Shown here in pieces: positions 15,076-25,496 of a DNA stretch of 64,000 bases (the first letter of the stretch is position 1; every line of letters begins with the position of its first letter). A program made the position numbers and the translations under genes. The stretch covers positions 288,001 to 352,000 of the forward strand of contig CAVXEP010000029.1 in assembly GCA_963760795.1 (NCBI GenBank), in the 5' to 3' direction. Under the pieces are notes generated by a model. It was not told the DNA's origin, did no database searches, and saw only the letters and a list, made by a program, of their open reading frames with translations. Origin of the DNA: an uncultured delta proteobacterium. GTDB lineage: Bacteria > Desulfobacterota > Binatia > UBA9968.

Positions 15076-16185
15076 ATGAGCGAACCGATTAATATTCTCC
15101 TCGTCGACGATCAGGCGCGCAATCTCGATGCGCTCGAGGCGGTGTTGACGTCGCCGGACTACCGGCTGGTGCGCGCCCAATCGGCCAACGACGCGCTGCT
15201 GGCACTGCTCGCCGACGACTTCGCGGTCATCGTGCTCGATATCCGCATGCCGGAGATCGACGGCTACGAGCTCGCGCAGATGATCAAGCAGCGCAAAAAG
15301 AACCAGCATCTGCCGATCATTTTCTTAACCGCCTATTTGCAGGATGATAGAGACGTCATCGATGGTTACGGCGCCGGCGCGGTGGACTACTTAACCAAGC
15401 CGATCAACCCATTGATTCTGAAATCCAAGGTCGCTGTCTTTGTCGATCTGTTTCGCAAAAGCCGCGAGCTGGCGCGCCTGAACGAAATAATGGAGAGCGA
15501 GATTGAAGAGCGGGTGGCGCAGGTCCGCGCGAGCCTGCGCGAAAAAGAGATATTGCTCAAGGAAGTCCATCACCGGGTAAAAAATAACATGCAGATCATC
15601 TCGAGCCTGCTGAGCCTGCAAGCCGAGCGCGCCGGCGCAACCCAGCGCGACTTTCGCGACGTGCGCGATCGCGTGCGCTCGATGGCGCTGGTGCACGAGA
15701 AGCTCTACCAGTCGGAGAATTTAGCGTGCGTGCAGATTGCCGAATATGCGCGCAGTTTGATGAACGATCTGTTTCAAGCCTACGCCAGCGGCCTGCCCAA
15801 GGTGCAACTCCGCCTCGATCTCGAGAGCGCCGAGCTGCCTGTGGATCGCGCCATCTCCTTCGGGCTGATCCTCAACGAGTTGGCGACCAATGCCTTCAAG
15901 CATGCGTTTCATGACCGTGACAACGGTGAAATCGAGATCAAACTGCAAACTGTGCCGCAGGGAGAAATCCGCCTGCGTTTCGCCGACAACGGCGGGGGTT
16001 TTGCCGCGCCGTTGAACTGGGAGAGCGCCGATTCGTTGGGGCTGCGCTTGCTGCGCATGCTAACCCGCCAGCTTGGCGGTCAAATCGAAATGCGCAGCGA
16101 CCGGGGCACGACCGTTGAGCTGAGCTTTAAAATCGATCCAGCGCGCGATTCGCCGGGCGGCAATTTGCCGAGGGTGAGCTCATGA
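15076..16185 (+). CDS. REC-HisKA_2 (HWE/HisKA2) histidine kinase
   Basis: N-terminal REC (ILLVDD, LDIRMP, LTKP); LLKEVHHRVKNNMQIISSLL; NELATNAFKHAF; DNGGG; SLGLRL. Confidence 0.92.
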   Translation: MSEPINILLVDDQARNLDALEAVLTSPDYRLVRAQSANDALLALLADDFAVIVLDIRMPEIDGYELAQMIKQRKKNQHLPIIFLTAYLQDDRDVIDGYGAGAVDYLTKPINPLILKSKVAVFVDLFRKSRELARLNEIMESEIEERVAQVRASLREKEILLKEVHHRVKNNMQIISSLLSLQAERAGATQRDFRDVRDRVRSMALVHEKLYQSENLACVQIAEYARSLMNDLFQAYASGLPKVQLRLDLESAELPVDRAISFGLILNELATNAFKHAFHDRDNGEIEIKLQTVPQGEIRLRFADNGGGFAAPLNWESADSLGLRLLRMLTRQLGGQIEMRSDRGTTVELSFKIDPARDSPGGNLPRVSS

Positions 16186-18178
16186 GCGGCGCCAACATTC
16201 TAGTGGTCGAAGATGAAGCGATCGTCGCGCTCGATCTGAGCCAACGCTTGACCGGCCTGGGTTACCGAGTCGTCGACACCGTCGCCGAAGGGGAAAAGGT
16301 GGTTGCCGCGGTGCTTGAGCACAATCCGGATCTGGTGCTGATGGACCTGCGACTGGCCGGGGCCCTGGACGGGATCGCCACAGCGCGACAGGTCGCGCTA
16401 GGTGCGCGACGTCCCGATCGTTTTCTTGACCGCCCATTCCGACCCCGAAACCCTTGCCCAGGCATGCTTAACCGGCCCCTTCGGCTATATTCTGAAGCCC
16501 TTCGATGAGCGCGAGCTGCACACCCAGCTTGAAATCGCACTCTATCGCCATGGCGCCGAACGGCGCGTGCGCGAAAGCGAAGCGCAGTTAAGGTCGATCA
16601 TGGACACGGCGGCCGATTGTATTATGGAAATCGACGATAACGGCACGCTGCTTAACAGCAACCCCGCTGCCGAGCAAATATTCGGTTACGCCGCGGCTGA
16701 AATGGCCGGCCGCAACGCCTGCGTCTTGATGCCGGAGTTTGCCCGCATCATGCAAAAGGACGAGGCCCAGTGGTCGCTTAAAACCAGCGGTGGAAAAATT
16801 GTTGGCGAAGTCCAGGAACTTAGCGCCATCCAAAAAGACGGGGCGGTGATTCCCGTGGAGCTTACGGTAAGCCGCAAAGACGGTGCGCAAAAGCGCACCT
16901 ATATCACCATCGTTCGCGATCTCAGACGGCGCAAGCAACTTGAGAACAGACTCAAACAGCTGGTTGACGATCTGCGTGAGACCGACCAGCGCAAGGATGA
17001 ATTTTTAGCGACGCTGTCGCACGAACTACGCAATCCCCTGGCGCCGATCCGCAATGCCGTGACTATTTTGAAGAGTGTCCAACCGGCCGACGAGAAATTT
17101 AAATGGTGCTGCGAAATCCTCGACACCCAAGTCGATCAGATGAGCTGCTTGTTGGAAGACCTGCTCGACGTTAGCCGGATCGCCCGGGGCAGTCTATTGC
17201 TGCGCCAAGAATGGCTCGATTTTCGCGAAATTATGAGCCATATCGTCGCAATCGGCCGTTCGGATGTCGAAGCCGCAGGGCATAAGTTCGTCGTTGATCT
17301 GCCCGAAAACGACGTCAGGCTGTTTGCCGATCGCGCCCGGCTGACGCAAATCTTCTCCAACCTTTTGAACAATGCCGCGAAATATACGGAGGGCAACGGC
17401 GAGGTCCGGTTCTCGGCAACATGTGAAAGCGGCGCAATCGTCGTGCAAGTCAAAGATACCGGCATCGGCATCTCGGCTGAACTATTGCCCCATGTGTTCA
17501 CAATGTTCAAGCAAGCCGACAGCAGTTTGGAACGCGGCCGGGGCGGGCTTGGCATCGGCCTCGCTTTGGTGCAAAGCCTGGTCGAGCTGCACGGTGGCAC
17601 GGTTGAGGCTAATAGCGCCGGCCTTGGCCAAGGTAGTGTGTTTACGGTGCGGTTGCCGGTGGCGCCGGTCAGCCCGGTTGCAGCTGAAATGCCCACAGCC
17701 GTCGTCGAGGAGAACGGCCGGCGCAGCGCAGCTGGTTAGGCCGATACGGATTCTGATCGTCGACGATAATAAATTGCAGGCCCAAAGCCTCGGGCTTTTG
17801 GTCGAGCTATGGGGCTATGATTTCCAGCTCGCTTTTGACGGACCGGGAGCGCTTACGGCTTTAGCCAACTACTCGGCTGATGTCGCGCTTATCGATATCG
17901 GCCTGCCGGGTCTCAGCGGCTATGAAGTCGCGCGGCAAATCCGCGCACAGCCGCAATGGCGCCACATGACCCTGATTGCGCAGACCGGGTGGGGCCGCGA
18001 CAGCGATCGCGGGAATTCGGGACAAGCGGGTTTTGATCATCATTTCACCAAGCCGCTCAACCACGAGGCTTTGGAAAAAGTTCTCAATCAGGCCGCGGCA
18101 AAAAAGCTTGGCACAGCAATCGTTTTCGACAAATTTCAGCGCGTTGGTCCGACCAGTCCGCTGAAACCTAGCGATTGA
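16182..18178 (+). CDS. REC-PAS-HisKA-HATPase-REC hybrid kinase; two +1 frameshifts (about 16400 and 17730)
   Basis: The REC N-half (ILVVEDE...LMDLRL) continues as DVPIVFLTAHSD in the +1 frame. Then PAS, FLATLSHELRNPLAPI, NAAKYT and GLGIGL; the final REC (ILIVDDN...DIGLPG...HHFTKP) is in the next +1 frame. Confidence 0.85.
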
Positions 18179-18412
18179 GTCGGTCAAAGCGCAATCTCTT
18201 CCCCGACGCGGCGCAGCCGCAACCCAAGCAGCCAAGCGACACGCAAAGTTCGCAAAAACGATCGGATCTAGGGGCGGACGTGAAACCTGCCCTGACCGCC
18301 AGCCGCCGCCCCGCGGGCCGGATTGGCGCGGTTGGCGGCGCGTTCCGGTTATGCTAGTCTGCGGCAGTTTTCACCTCCGATGAATCGTCAATCCGGATTT
18401 AAGCAGGGGAGC

Positions 18413-19081
18413 ATGGTCGGTAAAAAAATTAGCAACTTGAAATTGCCGTGTGGCTTGATTGTCGCTAGCGCGCTGATGATGTCTTGTTACCTGACACCGA
18501 AAATTCCGGTCGTTGCCGATGAGCCGATCGAGAGGATGGTAAGCGACGAAGCCAGTCGGATCCTAGCCGCTGCCGATCCACTCGCCGAGTTTTCCCATTA
18601 CCGTTTTCAGCTTTCAGCGTTTCCGCGGCAGGATCTGCTCGGTGTCAGCATTGGCCGCGGGCGGATCTATATCAGTTATCAGCTCGGGCAACTGGCGCTC
18701 AAAAAATCCTATCATCGCTGGTTGTTGCGGCAGACCCTGGCCCATGAAATCGCTCACGAGCTTGCCGGACATGCAAACCAGCGCGGCGCCGTTGCTAACA
18801 ACCCGTCATCACAAGCGGGTATCACGGCACGCCATCTCGGGCTCGATGGGCTGGTGCAATTCCAAAACTATTCCGTCGAAAAAGAGTTGCAAGCGGATTT
18901 TTACGCAATGAATTATTGGGCCACGCTTGGCTGGGATTGCGCCATCTGGGTCGATATCCTGCGCGGCTTTCAAAAGCAGAATTATGCCGGAGATGTTTTC
19001 CACCCGACCGATCGCCGCCTGGAGCAGGCATCAATAAACTGTCCCGCGATCCGTCAACCGCCAACACTTCCGCCTGATTAG
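18413..19081 (+). CDS. M48 family Zn metallopeptidase, putative lipoprotein (start uncertain)
   Basis: LAHEIAHELAGH, YSVEKELQAD, HPTDRRL; lipobox-like LMMSC. Confidence 0.8.
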   Translation: MVGKKISNLKLPCGLIVASALMMSCYLTPKIPVVADEPIERMVSDEASRILAAADPLAEFSHYRFQLSAFPRQDLLGVSIGRGRIYISYQLGQLALKKSYHRWLLRQTLAHEIAHELAGHANQRGAVANNPSSQAGITARHLGLDGLVQFQNYSVEKELQADFYAMNYWATLGWDCAIWVDILRGFQKQNYAGDVFHPTDRRLEQASINCPAIRQPPTLPPD

Positions 19082-19280
19082 ACTGCGTACTTTGCGTAGT
19101 CTGGTACAACCATAACTAGTGACGCGCTCAAATTGCCGAACCACCATCGAAAAAGCTGAAAAAAATCGGCTAGTGTCGAAGCGCAGGGGCGCGATTTCGA
19201 GAATTTTTTCGCCTGGGATGGCGTCAATCCCGGCCGCCGCGTCGTTGCCTACTCCTCGTTGAGTTGTTTGCTTACTATAA

Positions 19281-19673
19281 CTATTTCTTCAGCGCGCTAA
19301 TCATTACTCCCCAGAGCGCGGCGAGCACGCCGCATGCCGCCAGTGTCAGACCGACAAATGGCACCAAGAGCGTTAGCGCCGCGCCCACCATGATCAAGCC
19401 AATACCGGCGGCGAGAGGATTGAGCGGACGGCGCCGTGCGTCAGCTACGACTTCCGTGTCGACGGATGCCAAACCCGGACGCAAGCCTTGCTCGCGAATT
19501 AGTGAATTTGCGCTTTCCGCGAGTTCTTCGCGGCTCTCAGGATCGGACGCCTGAATCAAACGGCCGATCTCGCCGGCCAACCGTTCGATTTCGGCTTCGC
19601 GCTGCGGTTGCGGATCCGGTTGGGCTCCAACCTTCCTCTGTGAATCCTCATCGCGCGGCATTGATTGTTCCAT
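19281..19673 (-). CDS. Hypothetical membrane protein with two C-terminal TM helices
   Basis: Charged N-terminus, then NPLAAGIGLIMVGAALTLLVPFVGLTLAACGVLAALWGV; sigma-54 promoter directly upstream. Confidence 0.75.
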   Translation of the reverse strand: MEQSMPRDEDSQRKVGAQPDPQPQREAEIERLAGEIGRLIQASDPESREELAESANSLIREQGLRPGLASVDTEVVADARRRPLNPLAAGIGLIMVGAALTLLVPFVGLTLAACGVLAALWGVMISALKK

Positions 19674-19691
19674 GGCTGACTTTTCTAAGTG

Positions 19692-19707
19692 AGCAATGCT
19701 TATGCCA
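19692..19707 (-). promoter_or_regulatory. Sigma-54 promoter
   Basis: TGGCATAAGCATTGCT, near-consensus. Confidence 0.7.
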
Positions 19708-19836
19708 ATGTGCTTGCGGTGCTGCTACGAACCGTTTCGTAATTCAGTTATCATGAGTGGACTAAGTTTTGCAAATCTTTGCAAGTTGTTCGCTCGTGGT
19801 CGGAAAAAATTATCAAGGTGGAACGCTGTGGTTAAA

Positions 19837-20046
19837 GTGAAAAAATCATCGGATGAAAAATCCGAACGAAATCAGGCGGCCGAGCCTCTGCTAATTGAGC
19901 TCAGCACGACAGCGAAAACGAATCTGAAAAAGCTCCAGTTACGATCTTTAGATCGACAGGGACGGCAACCGGACACTTCACAGATTATCGAAAAACTGAT
20001 CAATGCTGCGGCGGTTAGTGGACCGGATGCGCCTTACCCGGAATGA
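19837..20046 (+). CDS. Small hypothetical protein (start uncertain)
   Basis: The 3' part of ORF 19696-20046 (LLIELSTTAKTNLKKLQ...DTSQIIEKLINAA) has a ribbon-helix-helix-like pattern. The 5' part overlaps a promoter. Confidence 0.4.
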   Translation: MKKSSDEKSERNQAAEPLLIELSTTAKTNLKKLQLRSLDRQGRQPDTSQIIEKLINAAAVSGPDAPYPE

Positions 20047-20101
20047 TCGACCGATAGATGATTCGCCGCTCGTCTATCCGCGGGCCTTATTCGGTTGATC
20101 C

Positions 20102-21370
20102 ATGCATCGCATTGTAATAATTGGCGGCGGCTTTGGCGGGCTGTGCGCCGCGCAGTCGATGAAAAATTTACCCGTGCAGGTCACGCTGATAGACCGGCGC
20201 AATTTCCATCTTTTTCAGCCGCTACTTTACCAGGTTGCAACCGGGTGGTTGTCGCCGGCCAACATCGCGTCGACTCTGCGAGCGGTGCTGCGTTACCAAA
20301 AAAATGCGCAGGTTCTGCTGGCAGAGGTGACCGACATCGACGCGGAGCGGCGCAAAGTGATTTTTGCCGGCGGCGAGCTCGGCTATGACACGTTGATCGT
20401 TGCCACAGGATCAAGCCATCATTATTTCGGACATGACGATTGGGAGAAGTTTGCGCCCGGTCTCAAAACCATCGAAGACGCGACGGAGATGCGCCGACGG
20501 ATATTTTCCGCGTTCGAATCCGCCGAGCGTGAGACCGATGCGGCGAAGATTCGAGCCTGGCTTACTTTCACTATCGTCGGCGGTGGCCCGACTGGAGTGG
20601 AGCTCGCCGGGGCATTGGCCGATATCGCTAACAAAACTTTAACCCATGACTTTCGCAGTATCGATCCCGCCGACGCGCGGATTCTTATAGTCGAAGCGTC
20701 GGATCGCATCCTGTCGACTTATCCGGAGGATCTATCGAGCAAAGCGCAAAGTTTTTTAAATAATCTTGGCGTTTCAGTGCAAACTCGCACCGCGGTCACA
20801 GATATCCGTCCCGGTCAGGTCGCGGTCAGGCGTGGCGAGATCTATGAGACAATTCCATGTCAGACCGTGCTCTGGGCGGCTGGGGTGCGCGCCTCCCATC
20901 TTGGCGCAGCGCTGGCGCGCTGCGGCGTTGCGACGTTGGATCGCGGCGGCAGAGTGATCGTTCAGAACGATTTTTCGATTGCCGATCATCCGGAAATTTT
21001 CGTGATCGGCGATCTGGCCAGCTATACGCCGGGCGGCGGCAAGCCATTGCCGGGCATTGCCCCGGTAGCGCAACAGGCGGGTCGCTATGTCGCCAAAGTC
21101 ATTGGCGCCCGGCTCACTGGCAAAACGTTGCCGCGATTCAAGTATCGCGACCGTGGCAGCATGGCCATTGTCGGCCGGGCGACGGCAATCGCCGATTTAG
21201 CAGGGGTCCATCTCGCCGGATTTACCGCTTGGCTTGCCTGGTTGTTCGTTCATCTGATGCAGCTGGTTGAATTTGAAAACCGCGTGCTTGTGCTGGTGCA
21301 ATGGGGCTGGTTTTATTTTCGCCGCAGCCGTGCCGCGCGGTTAATCACCGGTGATAAGTTTGAAACGTGA
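20102..21370 (+). CDS. ndh: Type II NADH dehydrogenase (NDH-2)
   Basis: GGGFGG, HLFQPLLYQVATG, GLKTIEDA, VGGGPTGVELAG, WAAGV, IGD, AQQAG. Confidence 0.93.
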   Translation: MHRIVIIGGGFGGLCAAQSMKNLPVQVTLIDRRNFHLFQPLLYQVATGWLSPANIASTLRAVLRYQKNAQVLLAEVTDIDAERRKVIFAGGELGYDTLIVATGSSHHYFGHDDWEKFAPGLKTIEDATEMRRRIFSAFESAERETDAAKIRAWLTFTIVGGGPTGVELAGALADIANKTLTHDFRSIDPADARILIVEASDRILSTYPEDLSSKAQSFLNNLGVSVQTRTAVTDIRPGQVAVRRGEIYETIPCQTVLWAAGVRASHLGAALARCGVATLDRGGRVIVQNDFSIADHPEIFVIGDLASYTPGGGKPLPGIAPVAQQAGRYVAKVIGARLTGKTLPRFKYRDRGSMAIVGRATAIADLAGVHLAGFTAWLAWLFVHLMQLVEFENRVLVLVQWGWFYFRRSRAARLITGDKFET

Positions 21371-21761
21371 CGCAGTATGACGAAATCGACGCCGAAATGT
21401 TTCCGCCTCTGTGGATTTGCTGCCGACCTGCTTGATAGAACGCGCGCAAGTTTGGGATGAAATGAATTTGAAGCGACCCTTCAATAACGCCGCTACGGTC
21501 AGCGCGAGGGACTCCGTGTAACCGGGGCTCTGGAGTTTCCACTGACAAGCAAACGCCTGATTGGCAAGGACAGCCTTTCGAGCACCAGATAATACGCCGC
21601 TAAACATGCGTTTGGGTAGGTAATAATTTGGCGCAATACTAGCGTCTCGTTTTCGATACACGCCCAAGCTTTTCGTGTCGTTTTTGGGATGGCTCACTGA
21701 CGGCGGAATTTTGAAACCGTTAAACTTCGTTGGTTATTCCCCTTTCAGCGACGAATAGTGC

Positions 21762-21777
21762 TGGCATGTCGGTTGCA
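21762..21777 (+). promoter_or_regulatory. Sigma-54 promoter
   Basis: TGGCATGTCGGTTGCA; a CGTC-N10-TACA site lies about 100 nt upstream (21643-21660). Confidence 0.65.
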
Positions 21778-21937
21778 GCCTTGCCGTCGCGCGATTCATG
21801 CTTGTCCGATTTAAACTATCCGCCGTCAGCGGCTCCAATTTCAACAACAATCGCATCGGCATGAATTGGACGAAAATTATGTCGCCGAGAATGCCGAAAA
21901 ACATATTATAAATGTAAAAGGACAAGGAGATCTGAGT

Positions 21938-22276
21938 ATGGCGAATCTTGCCGTAAACGACCGCTTGAGCCTATGGTTGCAGGTGTTCAACAATAGCAAG
22001 GTCAATGGGGCGCCCTATTTGGGTGACGATTTGCCGGCGCACCGTTGGAGATGGCCGACCGATACTTACATGCGACGCCGCTTGCGCATTTTGCACGCCC
22101 ATCGGGGCGACGAAACGACCAGTCCTAACGTCACCGATAATCGTCGAGCCAATCTTTTGTTCAAACCAGCGGGTTTGATTAGTTTGGCGCTTGAAAGACC
22201 CGACCCACGAGCGGGCTACCCGAAAAAAGCTCGGAAACGACAAGTTTTGTGCGATGTTGCAGCGACCAAGCCGTGA
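21938..22276 (+). CDS. Hypothetical protein
   Basis: SD AAGGAG and ATG downstream of a sigma-54 promoter; no recognisable domain. Confidence 0.35.
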   Translation: MANLAVNDRLSLWLQVFNNSKVNGAPYLGDDLPAHRWRWPTDTYMRRRLRILHAHRGDETTSPNVTDNRRANLLFKPAGLISLALERPDPRAGYPKKARKRQVLCDVAATKP

Positions 22277-22401
22277 AGCACTCAGTTTGATGGGTGTTCG
22301 CAGTCGTTGCAGCAAACCGCGATTTTTCGCGCGCACCGCTAGCCAATTCTGAGCCTGGGATTGACAGTTATAAAAGTATGGAATTGACGAGGAGGTAAAC
22401 T

Positions 22402-22590
22402 ATGATGAACCACGCGAATCGTGAATTACCTGCAGGCGAGGGTCCATCCATGCCGATTGGTTTGATCTGTTCTTCCTGCGGACTCGGTTTTACCAGCGAG
22501 AAGGAGCTGCGTGACCATCAATTGATTTGCCGCAGCAGCGGCGAGTTTCTCAGCCAGTTCAACATCGATAGCGAAAGGTGTAACAACTGA
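22402..22590 (+). CDS. Small Zn-finger-like protein (62 aa)
   Basis: Strong SD GAGGAGG; CSSC-x12-HQLIC (C2HC spacing). Confidence 0.6.
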   Translation: MMNHANRELPAGEGPSMPIGLICSSCGLGFTSEKELRDHQLICRSSGEFLSQFNIDSERCNN

Positions 22591-22807
22591 AAACATTCTG
22601 GAGCAAAGGACCGCAACCTTGATTACTTGATAACGAGGAAAGCTGTGATTCAACCGCGCGAAACAGATTTGCCATTTCTCATGCGGCGGCGATCCTGGCG
22701 TTGTCAGCCCTGTCCGGCCATAGTCTCGGCGCCGAAGGTCCGCCTTTGGCGTTTAAATTGATTACTGACCTTCGGTCATTGGTGAAGTTGCGCCAGCCTA
22801 GGTCGCG

Positions 22808-23602
22808 TTAAGCGTACGCCGTGGTGATTTTCGCTTGGATCGGCAGGTGGTCGGAAGCGCTACGTGCCGGGGTTCGCCGGTGTACTTTGGTTTCGACGAG
22901 CGCTTGTCCGGGCCAAACCCAGATACGGTCCAGCGCGAACAGCGGCAACCATGAAGGAAAAGTGCGCAATCTAGCGGATTTGCCAAAATGGCGCGCCATG
23001 CTCCGGAGTGAACGGCCATAAGGGTGCCATTCGTTAAGGTCGCCCAGGACTACGACCATCTTGTCGCGACGTTCGGAGACGAGATTACTGAGCATGTTAG
23101 TCTGGCGCCGCCGTTCGGGGCCGCTGAGGCCCAAATGGGTCACGATGACGCGCACGATGGCGCCGCCGATATCCAGGTCGGCGTCGATGGCGCCGCGCGG
23201 TTCGCGCCGGGACACGCTCAAGTCGACGTTTCTCACTGCAAGAATCTTATAGCGTGTCAATAACACATTGCCAAAATCGCTATCGCGACGGCGCATCGTC
23301 GTGCCGGCGACCGCTTTAAAATCGCTCTCGCGCGTAAGATATCTAAGCTGAAAGTTTTCATTCCCGCTGGGCTCGCTGTCGACTTCTTGCAAACCGATTA
23401 TTCCGGCATCGAGGTTTTCCAGCACCTCCACGATGCGCCGGTCATCACGCCTACCGTCCGGGCCGACTCCTTGATGGATGTTGTAGGAAGCCGCCGAAAA
23501 AATCAGCGGTTCTTGAGCAACGGTGGGATTCGATTTCCTCAAAAATCTCTCTCTGAAAATCTTGTTGAAAATATTTTTGACATTTCTCGGGCACCGATTC
23601 AA
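22808..23602 (-). CDS. Endonuclease/exonuclease/phosphatase (EEP) family protein (start probably further downstream)
   Basis: SYNIH, GLQEV, FGNVLL, THLGL, GDLNEW, LDRIWV, ASDHLP. Confidence 0.9.
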   Translation of the reverse strand: MNRCPRNVKNIFNKIFRERFLRKSNPTVAQEPLIFSAASYNIHQGVGPDGRRDDRRIVEVLENLDAGIIGLQEVDSEPSGNENFQLRYLTRESDFKAVAGTTMRRRDSDFGNVLLTRYKILAVRNVDLSVSRREPRGAIDADLDIGGAIVRVIVTHLGLSGPERRRQTNMLSNLVSERRDKMVVVLGDLNEWHPYGRSLRSMARHFGKSARLRTFPSWLPLFALDRIWVWPGQALVETKVHRRTPARSASDHLPIQAKITTAYA

Positions 23603-23719
23603 TGTGCAATTGGCGCAGCGCGCAGCGGGATTTCATCTGCAAATCTGGGACGCTAACTTATGTAAACAGAGACATGGTTTTGGCCCAAATGCCGACGGGA
23701 TCTCGGCCAACTGTATTTT

Positions 23720-23735
23720 TGGCACGTCTGTTGCT
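23720..23735 (+). promoter_or_regulatory. Sigma-54 promoter
   Basis: TGGCACGTCTGTTGCT, consensus match 41 nt before the ATG. Confidence 0.75.
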
Positions 23736-23776
23736 GAAATTAATGCCGATAAAGGAATCGTCGGCCTAAACAAATT

Positions 23777-24517
23777 ATGAGTGAAAAAAGAAACATCCGG
23801 GTTGCCGCTGTCGGTGATTTGCACTGCACCAAAACTTCGCAGGGAAAACTGCAAGTATTGTTCCAGCAGATTTCTGAAAATGCAGATATTCTGCTGTTAT
23901 GCGGCGATTTGGTTGACTATGGTCAGCTCGAAGAGGCGACGGTATTGGCTAAGGAATTAGCGCCGATCAAAATTCCCATGCTGGCCGTGCTGGGGAATCA
24001 TGAGTATGAGTCTGGCCAGCAGCTTGAGGTTCAGCATGTCTTAGCCAACGCTGGGGTGACTATTCTCGATGGCGACGCCGTTGAAATTCTCGGCGTCGGC
24101 TTCGTCGGAGCCAAGGGCTTCGGTGGCGGTTTTGGCGAGCAGGCGCTGCAGCCATGGGGCGAGGATTCGATCAAGAATTTTGTTCAGGAGGCCGTCAAAG
24201 AAACTCTGAAGCTCGAATCCGCTTTAGCCAAGTTGCGCACCGAACAGCGGATTGCGCTGCTCCATTACTCGCCGATACGGGCTACGGTGGTCGGCGAGCC
24301 GCCGGAGATCTATCCCTTTCTGGGTTCGAGCCGGCTCGAAGAACCGCTCAATCGATATCCGGTGAACGCGATATTCCACGGCCATGCCCATCGTGGCTGT
24401 CCGGAAGGACGCACGCAAAATAACGTGCCGGTCTATAACGTCGCCATGAAGCTTTTAGCGAAGACTTTTCCAGATCAACAACCCTACAGAATTCTCGAGC
24501 TGCCGGCAGCGTCGTAG
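23777..24517 (+). CDS. Calcineurin-like metallophosphoesterase
   Basis: GDLH, CGDLVD, GNHE, HYSP, HGHAH. Confidence 0.92.
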   Translation: MSEKRNIRVAAVGDLHCTKTSQGKLQVLFQQISENADILLLCGDLVDYGQLEEATVLAKELAPIKIPMLAVLGNHEYESGQQLEVQHVLANAGVTILDGDAVEILGVGFVGAKGFGGGFGEQALQPWGEDSIKNFVQEAVKETLKLESALAKLRTEQRIALLHYSPIRATVVGEPPEIYPFLGSSRLEEPLNRYPVNAIFHGHAHRGCPEGRTQNNVPVYNVAMKLLAKTFPDQQPYRILELPAAS

Positions 24518-24532
24518 GCCGCGAATTTTCCT

Positions 24533-25327
24533 ATGGAATGCTTAACAGAACAAAATAAAACCAACGATTTTTATTGCCGCGTGCTCAATACCCTCAATGC
24601 GGCAAAAATCCCATTTCTAGTCGGTGGCGCCTGCATGCTCGAGCACCTCACCGGCATTGTCCGGCCGACCAAGGACTTCGATCTTCATGTGCGTCCGCAA
24701 GAGATCGCCGGTGTCTTCGCCACGCTGGACGGCGCGGGTTATCAGACGGAGATGACGTTTTCACACTGGCTCGGCAAAGTCTTTCAGCGCACCCATTACA
24801 TCGATATTATCTTCAGTTCGGGAAATGGTGTGTGCCGCGTCGATGACGAATGGTTCGAGCACGCCCTCGAAGGTGAAATTTTCGGCGTATCGGTGCGGTT
24901 CTGCGCGCCCGAGGAGGCAATCTGGTCCAAAGCTTTCATATTGGAGCGCGAGCGCTACGATGGCGCCGATATCGCCCATCTTATTTTAGCCGCGGCGCAA
25001 CAAATGGATTGGTGCCGGCTCCTGCGCCGATTCGGCGAACATTGGCGGGTGCTTTTGAGCCATCTGGTGATTTTTGGATTTATCTATCCCGGGCGAGTTG
25101 GTCAAGTGCCGGCCTGGTTGCTCGAAGAGCTTTGGCGACGGCTGGTTCGCGAGTCAGAAAACCCAACTGACGATCTGCCGTTATGCCGGGGCACCTTGCT
25201 ATCGCGCACTCAGTATCTCTATGACATAGAAAATTGGGGCTATCTCGACGCGCGCCTGCACCCACCGGCTAGTATGAGCCCGCAGGATATCGAGCGCTGG
25301 ACCCAAAGAGCGATGCAGCAGGAATAA
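24533..25327 (+). CDS. Pol-beta superfamily nucleotidyltransferase
   Basis: FLVGG...RPTKDFDL (GG + DxD), IDIIF (third Asp), SKAF...ERYDGAD. Confidence 0.8.
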   Translation: MECLTEQNKTNDFYCRVLNTLNAAKIPFLVGGACMLEHLTGIVRPTKDFDLHVRPQEIAGVFATLDGAGYQTEMTFSHWLGKVFQRTHYIDIIFSSGNGVCRVDDEWFEHALEGEIFGVSVRFCAPEEAIWSKAFILERERYDGADIAHLILAAAQQMDWCRLLRRFGEHWRVLLSHLVIFGFIYPGRVGQVPAWLLEELWRRLVRESENPTDDLPLCRGTLLSRTQYLYDIENWGYLDARLHPPASMSPQDIERWTQRAMQQE

Positions 25328-25496
25328 CCCTGTGCGGGCCGTTCAATAGCCGTCAGGTTTCGATCGACAACGTTTTATCCTGTGACAATGATTCACTGAA
25401 AACGAGCGCTTTGATCAGCGACGCCGGATTGTCGCTTAAATGTCACGGGAGAGCGGCGCCGCAACTGCGCAACGGACAGCGTAACGTTGAACTCGC

